A stretch of DNA of 64,000 nucleotides from Opitutales bacterium (GTDB lineage: Bacteria; Verrucomicrobiota; Verrucomicrobiia; Opitutales; JABSRG01): the NCBI GenBank assembly GCA_028280845.1, contig JANQKZ010000032.1, forward strand, positions 5,390 to 69,389, given 5' to 3'. This document shows, piece by piece, positions 34,954 to 44,489 of the stretch (within the stretch, counting starts at the first letter, position 1; the number at the start of each line of letters is the position of its first letter). A program made the translations under genes and the position numbers. The notes beneath the pieces are model-generated. The model saw nothing but the letters and a program-made list of their open reading frames with translations. It searched no databases and was not told where the DNA came from.

Positions 34954-36360
34954 ATGAAGACCGGAACGACCAGAGCCCCGCACCTGTGGGAGGCCCTCAT
35001 TCCGGTAATCGCCTTGATCGGGTTCCTGCTGGTCACGATTCAGGCTTACGGCCAGGACCCGCATATCCCCCTGGTTCTGGGAACGGCCATTGCGGCCATC
35101 TTCGGAATGAGGCTGGGTTACACCTGGTCTGCCTTACTGGAAGGTATGATCCGCGGAATCACCCTGGCGCTTCCAGCCATCCTGATTCTCCTCGTCATCG
35201 GGATTCTGATCGGGCTATGGATTGCCGCAGGTATTGTCCCCCTGCTCATCGACTATGGGTTGAAACTCCTGTCTCCCCAGATCTTTCTGGCTGCCTCCTG
35301 CCTCATATGCTCCATCATATCGCTCTCCACAGGCAGCTCATGGACCACGGCGGGCACGGTGGGCATCGCCCTCATCGGGGTGGGCGATGCACTGGGCATT
35401 CCCACGCCCATGACAGCGGGGGCCATCATTTCCGGGGCATATTTCGGTGATAAAATGTCGCCCCTTTCCGATACGACCAACCTGGCCCCCGGAGTAGCCG
35501 GGAGCGAACTCTTTGAGCACATCCGTCATATGGCGTTTACCACCACGCCCAGCATTCTCCTCGCGCTGGTCCTGTTCCTTATCCTCGGGTTTGGCCATGC
35601 CGGCGAGACCAGAGATACCGACGCCCTGGTGAACCTGATGGAAACCCTCGAAAGCCAGTTTATACTGGGCCCCTGGCTACTGATTCCCCCGGTCATCGTC
35701 ATCGCCATGGTTATCCTGAAAATCCCCGCGCTTCCCGCCCTGTTCGTGGGATCGCTGATCGGCGGATTGTTTGCCTTTCTGTTCCAAGGAGTGGGTCTAT
35801 ACGAATTGTTGGAAGTTTCCATGCGAGGATATACCTCCGATTCCGGAAATGAGGCAGTCGATCAGTTGGTATCCCGTGGGGGTATGGAAAGTATGTTCTG
35901 GACGGTCGGCCTTATCCTCTGCGCCCTGACCTTTGGGGGAATTATGGAACGCACCGGCATGTTGGAGGTGCTTTCCGCCGCCATTTTAAAACTGGCCCAG
36001 TCAACCGGCAGCCTGGTCCTGACTACGGTGACGACCTGCTTCGGGATGAACGCCCTCGCAGCTGATCAATACCTGGCAATCATTGTACCTGGTCGGATGT
36101 ATCGCGATGCCTATGACAAGGCCGGCCTGCATCCTAAAAACCTGTCACGGGTGCTTGAGGACGCCGGCACCATTACCTCGCCTCTCATTTTCTGGAACAC
36201 CTGCGGGGCGACCATGAGTGAAGTCTTGGGTATTAGCGCCGGCGCATACTGGATGTTTTGCTTCTTCAACCTCATCAATCCCCTCATTTCCATCCTCTAT
36301 GGCTTCACCGGATGGACCATGGCCAGGGCCGCCTCCGAGACGGATTTAAAGGAAGGATAG
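34954..36360 (+). CDS. nhaC: Na+/H+ antiporter NhaC family
   Basis: 468-aa polytopic ORF with NhaC-like sequence ...GAYFGDKMSPLSDTTNLAP... and ...NTCGATM... Confidence 0.85.
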   Translation: MKTGTTRAPHLWEALIPVIALIGFLLVTIQAYGQDPHIPLVLGTAIAAIFGMRLGYTWSALLEGMIRGITLALPAILILLVIGILIGLWIAAGIVPLLIDYGLKLLSPQIFLAASCLICSIISLSTGSSWTTAGTVGIALIGVGDALGIPTPMTAGAIISGAYFGDKMSPLSDTTNLAPGVAGSELFEHIRHMAFTTTPSILLALVLFLILGFGHAGETRDTDALVNLMETLESQFILGPWLLIPPVIVIAMVILKIPALPALFVGSLIGGLFAFLFQGVGLYELLEVSMRGYTSDSGNEAVDQLVSRGGMESMFWTVGLILCALTFGGIMERTGMLEVLSAAILKLAQSTGSLVLTTVTTCFGMNALAADQYLAIIVPGRMYRDAYDKAGLHPKNLSRVLEDAGTITSPLIFWNTCGATMSEVLGISAGAYWMFCFFNLINPLISILYGFTGWTMARAASETDLKEG

Positions 36361-36425
36361 AACCAGACCCAACATCCAGTGAATATCCGTTGAAGGTCAG
36401 ATCACCCCGGAAGAAAAAGGGGGCC

Positions 36426-37865
36426 ATGTTACCCCGCCCCCTCCTGTTCCTCTTCCTGCTTTGGCTCACAGGCGCACAAGCAGTGCAGGATACACTCCTC
36501 GCCTCCGAGGAGGATATGCCGCCCAGTGTGCTCTTCATTATGGTGGATGACCTGCGCGATTGGACCGGCTACTCCGGGGCGTTTTCAGGTGTTCGGACTC
36601 CGCATCTGGACCAACTGGCCGAGCGGGGAACTGTCTTCACCAGTGGTCACTGTCCGGCCCCGGTCTGCAAACCCTCCCGCACCGCCCTCCTGACCGGTCT
36701 CAGCCCGGCCCGTACCGGAGTATATGCCAATCCCCAACAATGGCCAGAATCTATCAGCGAGACCATCACCCTGACTCGCCACTTTATGGATGAAGGATAC
36801 ACCGTCGCAGGATATGGTAAGATATACCACGGCCAGGGCTCCCTCGAATACTGGCATGAATTCCTCTACGGGGATTACAGCCCGGCGCCTCAGAATCCTA
36901 AGCCTGCCGATGCCCTGGGCCACCGGCTCTTCATTGACGACTCGGAAACTGGAGACGGCATGCGGGTAAATCACGCCATCCGCTTCCTGCAAAGCCATTC
37001 TCCGGAAGCCGGACCGCTCTTCCTTGCCTGCGGACTGGTACGCCCCCATACACCCTGGGATGCTCCAGCCTCCTACTTCGACCTCTACCCCCTTGAATCT
37101 ATTAAACTGCCCCGGGTCGTCCCGAATGACCTCGAGGATGTGCCGCGTATCGGACAACTGATGGCGGAACGGCCCCACACGGATAAGTACCATGGCAAGG
37201 ACAACGCCTGGTCGCATCAGGCCATGGTCGATGCGAACCTGTGGAAAATCAATCTCCAGGCCTACCTGGCCAGCATTACTTTTGCCGATGCGCAGATTGG
37301 TCGCCTTCTGCGAGCCTGGGAAGCCAGTCCCTATGCGGAGGACGGAATCATTGTGGTAATGGGAGACCACGGGTGGCACCACGGAGAAAAGCAGCATTGG
37401 AGCAAACGGACTCTCTGGGACGTGGGGACGCGGACCCCGCTTATTGTTCATGCACCCGGTCACTCACAAGCCGGCGACCACTGTGACACCCCGGTGAGCC
37501 TCCTCGATGTTTACCCCACCTTGGTGGATCTCTGCGGTCTTGCTCCAGTGACCCCCCTCGACGGGGTCAGCCTTCGCCCTCTGCTTGAGGATCCGCAGAC
37601 CAAATGGACCCGCCCGGCCGTGACTGTCTACGGGCGGAATAACGTAGCCCTGAGAACCCGGGACTGGCGATATATCCGTTACGCAGATGGCAGCGAGGAA
37701 CTCTACGACCACCGTTCGGACCCGGATGAAATCATTAACCTGGCCAGCGACCCGGCTTACCAGACACAACTGTACCGCTTCAGGGACCAGGTCCCGGACT
37801 GCGCAGAAGCCGCCCCCGTCTCCCCCCGGCGCCAGAGCTGGTTCGAGCAGGTCGGCCTCCGCTAA
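36426..37865 (+). CDS. Sulfatase (formylglycine-dependent, iduronate-2-sulfatase-like)
   Basis: Taken from the Met at 36426. Signal peptide, then LFIMVDDLR and the sulfatase signature CKPSRTALLTG, and later GDHGWHHGEK. Confidence 0.9.
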   Translation: MLPRPLLFLFLLWLTGAQAVQDTLLASEEDMPPSVLFIMVDDLRDWTGYSGAFSGVRTPHLDQLAERGTVFTSGHCPAPVCKPSRTALLTGLSPARTGVYANPQQWPESISETITLTRHFMDEGYTVAGYGKIYHGQGSLEYWHEFLYGDYSPAPQNPKPADALGHRLFIDDSETGDGMRVNHAIRFLQSHSPEAGPLFLACGLVRPHTPWDAPASYFDLYPLESIKLPRVVPNDLEDVPRIGQLMAERPHTDKYHGKDNAWSHQAMVDANLWKINLQAYLASITFADAQIGRLLRAWEASPYAEDGIIVVMGDHGWHHGEKQHWSKRTLWDVGTRTPLIVHAPGHSQAGDHCDTPVSLLDVYPTLVDLCGLAPVTPLDGVSLRPLLEDPQTKWTRPAVTVYGRNNVALRTRDWRYIRYADGSEELYDHRSDPDEIINLASDPAYQTQLYRFRDQVPDCAEAAPVSPRRQSWFEQVGLR

Positions 37866-37960
37866 GATCATCTTTCTGCCAGATTACAGGCGAGAGGGTA
37901 TGATAGAAAATAAATTTACTGGTAGCAAATCAGGCATTTATAGGTTATATAACACTGTTT

Positions 37961-38863
37961 ATGGTAACAAGGAGGTTTGCCCGCATTTGGATCTGCTTCA
38001 TACTGCTGACTGCACCCGTGGCGGGCGCCATCAATATTGATGGTTTTATGAGCTCGTTACATGATCGGTTTACCAATGACGGTTCCTTTATCCTGGATGG
38101 ATATGACCTGTCGGGCATCGCCATTTCGGATTCAGGCCGATGGTTAACCATGGTCAGCGATAATGTATTCCTGTCTTCGAATCATTTATTCCCTGCAGAT
38201 AACGCGGCCGTCACCTTTTATGCGACCAACGATCCGAATGGCTCCACCGTGAGCCGGACCGTTCAGAGCAGTCAGCAGATCGCGAGTTCGGATATCCGAA
38301 TAGGGGTTCTCAACAGTCCGCTTCCCGCAGGATATGCCACCTACGATTATTATACCTCCGATATCACTATTCCGAATGCCTCCTTCTTGACTCCTGTCGA
38401 TGCCTTCACCTTCGGCAGGTCACCCACTGCCTTTTCCACATCCCAGGACATGGCAGTGGGCACAAATAAGATCGATCTCTGGTACCCATCCGTCACTGCC
38501 GGAGGAACCACCGATGGGACCATCTCCACAATCGTAAATGAATCCGGAGATGCCAACGACACGACGTATGAAAGCTTTCTCCAGGTCGGCGACTCTGGAG
38601 GCCCTCTCATGGTCGCCACTGGCCCCAATACCCTTACTATCGCCGGGATTAATTGGTGGATTACGAATTCGCCCGAAGAGCTGCAACCCGGAGTCTTTCG
38701 TAACCTCAATGGCTTCTCTTACCTGGGAAACTATGATGGCGAAATAACGGCCTACATTTCCGCCAACGCGATCCCGGAACCCGCTTCGGTGAGCCTGGTG
38801 ATCGGTGTAATATGCCTGATCATTTTACTGAGAGCCAGGGCTCGGGAAACCTCCAAAGCCTGA
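37961..38863 (+). CDS. PEP-CTERM-anchored trypsin-like (S1-like) protein
   Basis: Signal peptide, then GDSGGPL (catalytic-Ser motif). Candidate His is in LSSNHLF and candidate Asp in SSDIRIGVL. The C-terminal IPEPASVSLVIGVICLIILLRARAR is a PEP-CTERM sorting signal. Confidence 0.8.
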   Translation: MVTRRFARIWICFILLTAPVAGAINIDGFMSSLHDRFTNDGSFILDGYDLSGIAISDSGRWLTMVSDNVFLSSNHLFPADNAAVTFYATNDPNGSTVSRTVQSSQQIASSDIRIGVLNSPLPAGYATYDYYTSDITIPNASFLTPVDAFTFGRSPTAFSTSQDMAVGTNKIDLWYPSVTAGGTTDGTISTIVNESGDANDTTYESFLQVGDSGGPLMVATGPNTLTIAGINWWITNSPEELQPGVFRNLNGFSYLGNYDGEITAYISANAIPEPASVSLVIGVICLIILLRARARETSKA

Positions 38864-38866
38864 AGC

Positions 38867-39475
38867 CTACTCCACCCGCGCTACTTTGACCCGGCGGCCG
38901 GTGTCGATAATTCGCAAATAATGCGATCCCAGGGCCCCCTTCTCAATCCGGACCTTCGGGTTGTCCATTGGCATATAATAGCGGTCACGTCCCTGTTGCT
39001 CCCAGACCTGGCCGTTTTCCAGAGAGAAGGTCGTACCCCCATCCCATCCCCGGAATTTCCCGGCGATGGAAGACTCAATAAATTCGGGCCCTTTCAGCTC
39101 CTCCGGAACATTTTCACTTTTATCCCAGATGCTGAGAAAACCAAAGGCCTTGGTGGTCTCCTCCTTGATCACTTTCTTGCGCTCCTCCAGGGCAACTTCC
39201 ACGGCCTCATCGACGCGTTCTTCCACTTCCTTCTCCACCCGTTCTTCCACCACCTCCTCAGCGAGCTGCTCGGCTTCTTCTTCCACGTAGCCGTTCAACC
39301 AGCCTTCCAACGCCTTCAACTCATCAGGGCTCAACTTGTCGAGCCCGGCCGCCTTGAAGAGTTCGGCCGGCATTTGCCTCCGAAGGTTCACCTCGGCATC
39401 GATGGGTCTGTCCTGGGCAACCGCTGAGAGGAAGAAAACAGGAAGCAGAAGGGAAAGAATCAAAAATCGGGTCAT
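38867..39475 (-). CDS. Secreted hypothetical protein with Glu-rich coiled segment
   Basis: The Met at 39475 overlaps the upstream stop (ATGA). Signal peptide MTRFLILSLLLPVFFLSAVA, then EEEAEQLAEEVVEERVEKEVEERVDEAVE. Confidence 0.65.
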   Translation of the reverse strand: MTRFLILSLLLPVFFLSAVAQDRPIDAEVNLRRQMPAELFKAAGLDKLSPDELKALEGWLNGYVEEEAEQLAEEVVEERVEKEVEERVDEAVEVALEERKKVIKEETTKAFGFLSIWDKSENVPEELKGPEFIESSIAGKFRGWDGGTTFSLENGQVWEQQGRDRYYMPMDNPKVRIEKGALGSHYLRIIDTGRRVKVARVE

Positions 39476-41142
39476 TTCTTTTGGGGGGCTGGAGCTTGCT
39501 TCAAGGTAGCCAACTGGTCGTTCCACTTTAAATACAAAGTCATATTTCCATTCTGTCGAGCAATCCGGCTGCCTTCCTGAAGCGCTTGAGCAAGAAGCGG
39601 TTTAGGCAAGCCAACTCCATCGATAAGGGTCTGGAACATGGCCTGAGCTTCTGCATACATCAAGTGTTTATCCATTTCACGGGCAAGCGCGAAAAGGATA
39701 CCCGTGTCTTGAACGGAATGGACACGTACCCGACTGGCAGTGTTCAGAAAATACTTAGCTTTTTCCGGTCGGTTCACCTCGTCAGCCAATTGAGCCAGGC
39801 ACAGGGCAAGCGCAAGCCCCGGGCTTTGGAAAAACCACCGATCCCCCTGCACCAGGGCTGCTTCGGCTCCTTTCTCCAGTTTCCTCAGGTTGACCGCTCG
39901 AATCACCGCGTATTGCTGCAGGGGATCGGCTAGATCTGCCGGTCCCTCGAGTTGATCCTCCACGGAGCGGGCAAAGGGCTGGTAAAGGGGATCGCCAATG
40001 AGGACGGGTTGCCAACTGATTGAGGGAAGCGAGTAATAAGCCGCCTCGCCCCAGCTCAAACCAGCAGCCAAGCCTTCCATCAGGAGATGGGGTAAATGCG
40101 TAAACTCCAGGTAGGGCTCATTTACATTCCCAACCGTCGCCACGGCCCCTTTCGCCACCAAAGGTCCCGTCCACCCCCTGGTTTCGCTACGCAAAGTATC
40201 GGCGGAAAAACTATGGATATGGAGGGCAATGGCGCCCGGAGCAAAATCGACACCGGGCGTGTTAAAGACCCCGGTCATACTACCCTTGTACCAGCCGAAG
40301 TAGATCGCAGGGGCATCAAAGCGATCCCCTTCCGCAAACACCTGCTTCGTCGATTCCTCGGATAAATCAAACCCGAGAGCGCGCATCTGCTCACCCGCCG
40401 CTTTCAGCCATTTATCTCCATGTGAATGCGGTCCCCCCGTATCGAGGTAGGCCCGGCCTCGTAACCCCTTAGATTCTGCCTGCCGGGTACGCTCCAACAT
40501 GCGGAAGCAATCCTCGAACCGGGGACCATCCAGCCGGCTCACCCGAAGGATTTTCTGGAGGTGAAAGTCGGTCGCCGGAGATTCCTGGTGGACTGGATTT
40601 CGTAGCGGCCCATTGACCTGGCTTTCCGGGATGGGCAGGGCCGACAATTGGCTGTCAATGGAGGCGCGGTTAGTCCGGAACTGCGCAGCCAGACTTTGAG
40701 GATTCGGGAGCCGGGCAGCATCATGTGCAATCTTGAGGGGGACGCCCTTGCACAGTACGAGGAAGTCCACCCGGTTGCGCGTGGTCATGAACTGCCGCCG
40801 CCCTGCCGGGCCGACCGCATCCAGGTCGACCACCTCCAGGAGCTGCTTCTCGACCAGGAAATCCAGAATGGGATCGTGAACGTATTGCAGGTATTCATCC
40901 CAAGTCAGGATTTCCTTTTCCGGAAACCGCAGCAGAAGGAGATTTCCCCTCGGGATATGACGCATCTTCATATAGGTTTCGGCCAACTTCACCGACTGGG
41001 TTTGATTACGATCCGCCACCACAACCACCCGCTCCGCCACCGGGGGATGTCGCGGATTCCCCATCTCAGCCCGGACCGATGATCCGACAGTCAACCCCAG
41101 GACCAGGATAAAGCTCCACATCCGCATGAGCTTATCAGACAC
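39472..41142 (-). CDS. Secreted conserved hypothetical protein with C-terminal TPR-like helices (recalls the TIGR03790-type family; unverified)
   Basis: 556 aa with a signal peptide. The N-terminal ...RVVVVADRNQTQSVKLAETYMKMRHIP..NLLLL... pattern resembles what I recall of that family. Confidence 0.7.
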   Translation of the reverse strand: MSDKLMRMWSFILVLGLTVGSSVRAEMGNPRHPPVAERVVVVADRNQTQSVKLAETYMKMRHIPRGNLLLLRFPEKEILTWDEYLQYVHDPILDFLVEKQLLEVVDLDAVGPAGRRQFMTTRNRVDFLVLCKGVPLKIAHDAARLPNPQSLAAQFRTNRASIDSQLSALPIPESQVNGPLRNPVHQESPATDFHLQKILRVSRLDGPRFEDCFRMLERTRQAESKGLRGRAYLDTGGPHSHGDKWLKAAGEQMRALGFDLSEESTKQVFAEGDRFDAPAIYFGWYKGSMTGVFNTPGVDFAPGAIALHIHSFSADTLRSETRGWTGPLVAKGAVATVGNVNEPYLEFTHLPHLLMEGLAAGLSWGEAAYYSLPSISWQPVLIGDPLYQPFARSVEDQLEGPADLADPLQQYAVIRAVNLRKLEKGAEAALVQGDRWFFQSPGLALALCLAQLADEVNRPEKAKYFLNTASRVRVHSVQDTGILFALAREMDKHLMYAEAQAMFQTLIDGVGLPKPLLAQALQEGSRIARQNGNMTLYLKWNDQLATLKQAPAPQKK

Positions 41143-42136
41143 CGCTAATACGGTTCAAAGTTCCCTGGTAGGTTCTGACCGCTTTCACGATCGCGCGAGT
41201 CGCCGCATCCAGATAGGCTCCCGTTTTCAACCGGGAGGCAGTCGGAGGATGGGTCACAAATCCCAGTTCAAGCAGAACACCAGGCATATCAAGGTTTCTT
41301 AAAACAGCAAAGCGGGCTCGTCTCAATCCTCGGTCCTGACCTTCAAGGGCCGCTAACAACTCGCGCTGCATATAGAACCCCACCAATGTATTCCAGGGAT
41401 CATTCAGGTTGGCTCGAGCTCGCTCTCGATCCCCTTTGGACAAACTGGAACGGCTCGTACTTGGGGTATTCTGAGGAGTATAGACATAGGTCTCATACCC
41501 CTCCACGGAAGCATCGGCTACCGCATTAAAATGGACACTGATGAAAAGATCACCCCTTGCCTTGTTAGCCAGCAGAGTACGGTTCGCCAGCTCAATGTAC
41601 CGGTCGCCCTCGCGGGTCAGGTAGACCCGGAACCCTTCTTGCTCCAGGGCGCGTTTCAAGCGCAACGATACGGCCAGGGTGAGTTCCTTTTCCTTCAAAC
41701 CCTGAGACGTGTTTTGTGCCCCCGGGTCTTTTCCCCCGTGTCCCGGGTCAATCACAATCGTCATGAGGGGTGGAGCGGCATCGGCAAAAACCTGTGGAGT
41801 CAGCAGGGGCTTCAGCGTCTTGTTCCAGTCCAGGACAGACAAATACCATTTTCCCCGACTTTCTGTTACCGCGAATCCAAGAAAGATCCGTTCCCCATTC
41901 AGAAGCAACTCGCGGCTGCGTTTATGAAACACCAGGGACGTCCATTGACTGTAGAGTTCCAACCGTTGCCCTCTTTCCACCCAACGCGTTTTCATCCCGA
42001 AGCTCCCTGCAATGGTATCCAGGGCCTCATATCGGGTGCCGTTGACCACAATCTCCCGGGCTATCCCCGGGGTGCAGCCCAACCACAAAGCGATGAAGCA
42101 AAAGTGTGCCGATCGGATCACCTTCACCAGATCCAC
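41135..42136 (-). CDS. N-acetylmuramoyl-L-alanine amidase (Amidase_3)
   Basis: IVIDPGHGGKDPGA...ISVHFNA...GVLLELGFVTHP. Confidence 0.9.
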   Translation of the reverse strand: MDLVKVIRSAHFCFIALWLGCTPGIAREIVVNGTRYEALDTIAGSFGMKTRWVERGQRLELYSQWTSLVFHKRSRELLLNGERIFLGFAVTESRGKWYLSVLDWNKTLKPLLTPQVFADAAPPLMTIVIDPGHGGKDPGAQNTSQGLKEKELTLAVSLRLKRALEQEGFRVYLTREGDRYIELANRTLLANKARGDLFISVHFNAVADASVEGYETYVYTPQNTPSTSRSSLSKGDRERARANLNDPWNTLVGFYMQRELLAALEGQDRGLRRARFAVLRNLDMPGVLLELGFVTHPPTASRLKTGAYLDAATRAIVKAVRTYQGTLNRISGV

Positions 42137-42142
42137 GAGGGG

Positions 42143-42784
42143 CTACTCTTCGTCGCTATCGTCGGGTTGCTCATCGTCCGGATCCCGGGATTCCAACTCC
42201 TCTTGCCGGTTAAATACCAGTTTCCGTTTATTCGCCGGAAGGGGTGAAAGGATCAAGGTCACGTTACGCCCGACCAACTTGGGATCGGCGTCCGGCGTAG
42301 CTACCTGCTTGAGCATTTCGATTGCCTGTTTCACCCGCTCAAAACCAAGATCCTTGTGTTGATTTTCCCGGCCGCGGAAGGAAAGGGTCACCTTGACCTT
42401 ATTCCCGTGATAGAGAAACTCCTCCGCCCGGCGCAGCTTTGTCTCAAAATCGTGGGGGTCGATACTCGTGCGGAATTTGACCTCCTTCAGCTTGGAGGAC
42501 ACCGGCTTGGAATCCTTCTTCTTCTTACTTTCTTCGTAGAGAAACTTTCCGTAGTCCAGGATCCGACACACGGGCGGGCGCGCCGAGGGGGACACTTCAA
42601 TTAAGTCGAGCCCAGCCTCCTTCGCAATTTTCACGGCATCCCGAGGCGCCATGATTCCATAATTTTTCCCATCGGGTCCGATGACCCGCACCTCGCGCGC
42701 GCGTATGCGCTCATTGCGCCGGAGATATTTAGATCCTTGGTTTCTATTGTAGCGGCCGCGGCCGCCTGAGTTATGTCTAGCCAT
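42143..42784 (-). CDS. infC: Translation initiation factor IF-3
   Basis: [24 protein letters not shown]...[13 protein letters not shown]...[15 protein letters not shown]. It has extra basic N-terminal and acidic C-terminal tails. Confidence 0.95.
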   Translation of the reverse strand: MARHNSGGRGRYNRNQGSKYLRRNERIRAREVRVIGPDGKNYGIMAPRDAVKIAKEAGLDLIEVSPSARPPVCRILDYGKFLYEESKKKKDSKPVSSKLKEVKFRTSIDPHDFETKLRRAEEFLYHGNKVKVTLSFRGRENQHKDLGFERVKQAIEMLKQVATPDADPKLVGRNVTLILSPLPANKRKLVFNRQEELESRDPDDEQPDDSDEE

Positions 42785-42970
42785 TAACGATTTGAATCAG
42801 ATTATGCCATAATCCCGTAAACACCAGGTCCGCCTCGTCACTGGACGCGGTCTGTTATCGGCAATGCTTTGAGTTTTCCCAATCGAGTTATCAACGTTTA
42901 CGGGGTATCAGGAACAGTCGAATCTGGGAGTATCTACCAGAGGAAGCAACCCTTTTTCCGCGAAGTCTCA

Positions 42971-43345
42971 TTACACGGAAAAGCTTTCCCCGCAGCTGCA
43001 GCTCGCCTTGGCATTGGGGTTGGAAAACTTGAATCCCCCTCCGACGAGTTTGGCCGAATAGTCCAACACCGTTCCCTTCAGGTAGAGGGCACTCTTCACA
43101 TCCACCAGTACCGGGATCGCTTTGGAAACAACTACCAGGTCACTCGATTTCGCCGTTTTCGCGTATTTCAGTTTATAGGACAACCCGTTGCATCCCCCTC
43201 CGGTTACCGCCACGCGCAGGAACGGACCTTCCTGTTCTCGCTCAAACAGGGATCTGGCTTTGTCGCCAGCCGGCTCCGTCAGACTGATCAGGCGTTCGTC
43301 AGCCTGTTTTAAGCCCGCGGTTAAACTGTCCAATGTAGATGGCAT
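42971..43345 (-). CDS. erpA: HesB/IscA/ErpA family Fe-S cluster insertion protein
   Basis: GGGCNGLSY...C-terminal FSNPNAKASCSCGESFSV. Confidence 0.9.
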   Translation of the reverse strand: MPSTLDSLTAGLKQADERLISLTEPAGDKARSLFEREQEGPFLRVAVTGGGCNGLSYKLKYAKTAKSSDLVVVSKAIPVLVDVKSALYLKGTVLDYSAKLVGGGFKFSNPNAKASCSCGESFSV

Positions 43346-43485
43346 TTCAATAACTATACTGCAAACCGATCAAAACTCGAAATTGGAAGCTCGAAATTCG
43401 AAACAAACCGAAAGTTTGTAAATCCGAAAATGGAGCCAGGAGTTTATCCCCTCTTCGAATTTCGACATTGGAGTTTCGGATTTTC

Positions 43486-44400
43486 CTACTCTGCCAGCAG
43501 CACCGCATAGTCCACCGCCCGGGCGAAGCTCGTGGTCTGCGCCTTTCCCTTACCGGCCAGGTCGAAGGCCGTTCCATGATCCGGACTGGTGCGCACATGG
43601 CGCAAGCCCAGGGTCAGGTTGACCGCCGTTTCAAAGTCTACCGTTTTCAGCGGCCCCAGTCCCTGGTCGTGGTAGAGGGCTACCACCACATCAAATTCTC
43701 CGTTCAGATGCCGGAAGAAGACGGTATCTGCGGGCTGGCAGGTGGATAGGCCGGGGAACTCCGGACGCAGCGAGTTGAGTGCAGGGTTGATCACGTCATA
43801 CTCCTCGCTGCCAAGGATCCCTTCCTCACCGGCGTGAGGGTTGAGCCCGCAGACCCCGATCCGAGGCTGCCGCAAGCCCAACTTCCCCAGAAAGGTTGCC
43901 GTATGCCGAATAGTCCGCTCCAGCTCGGGCAAATTGATATACTGCGGAACCTCTCGAAACGGAATATGCCAAGTCACCAAAGCAACTCGCATCCGATCCC
44001 CGGCGAAGGCCATGGTTGGCTCGCCCGCCCACCGTTCGGCGAAAAATTCAGTCTGCCCCGGATAGTAAAAACCGGCCTCCTGCATCCATTTTTTGGATAC
44101 AGGGCAAGTCACCACGGCATCAACCTGACCCGATTCCGCCGCCTGGGCCGCCGCCTCCAGGGCTTGGGCAGCGATGCCCGCCCCCTCCGGCGTCGGATCT
44201 CCGGGTCGTGGAACAAAATCAGGATCCCCCACGGGAATCACTTCCGCTCGGGAACTGGGCCGGTTCTGCCGAATCCAGTGATCATAACCAATCAGAACCA
44301 CATCATCGGCAGGCAGCACGGATTGGTGCTTCAGCCAACTCGACACGATTTCGGGCCCGACCCCGGATGGATCCCCACATGTGATCGCAATTTTGGGCAT
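43486..44400 (-). CDS. pdxA: 4-hydroxythreonine-4-phosphate dehydrogenase
   Basis: Taken from the Met at 44400: KIAITCGDPSGVGPEI...GLNPHAGEEGILG...YHDQGL...RTSPDHGTAFDLAGKG. Confidence 0.9.
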   Translation of the reverse strand: MPKIAITCGDPSGVGPEIVSSWLKHQSVLPADDVVLIGYDHWIRQNRPSSRAEVIPVGDPDFVPRPGDPTPEGAGIAAQALEAAAQAAESGQVDAVVTCPVSKKWMQEAGFYYPGQTEFFAERWAGEPTMAFAGDRMRVALVTWHIPFREVPQYINLPELERTIRHTATFLGKLGLRQPRIGVCGLNPHAGEEGILGSEEYDVINPALNSLRPEFPGLSTCQPADTVFFRHLNGEFDVVVALYHDQGLGPLKTVDFETAVNLTLGLRHVRTSPDHGTAFDLAGKGKAQTTSFARAVDYAVLLAE

Positions 44401-44489
44401 GGACTTATTGTGAACAGGGAATGGGGAACTGTGAACCGTGAAAATGAAAACCCGCTCCCAATCCACATATCACCACGCATCCCCACAAC

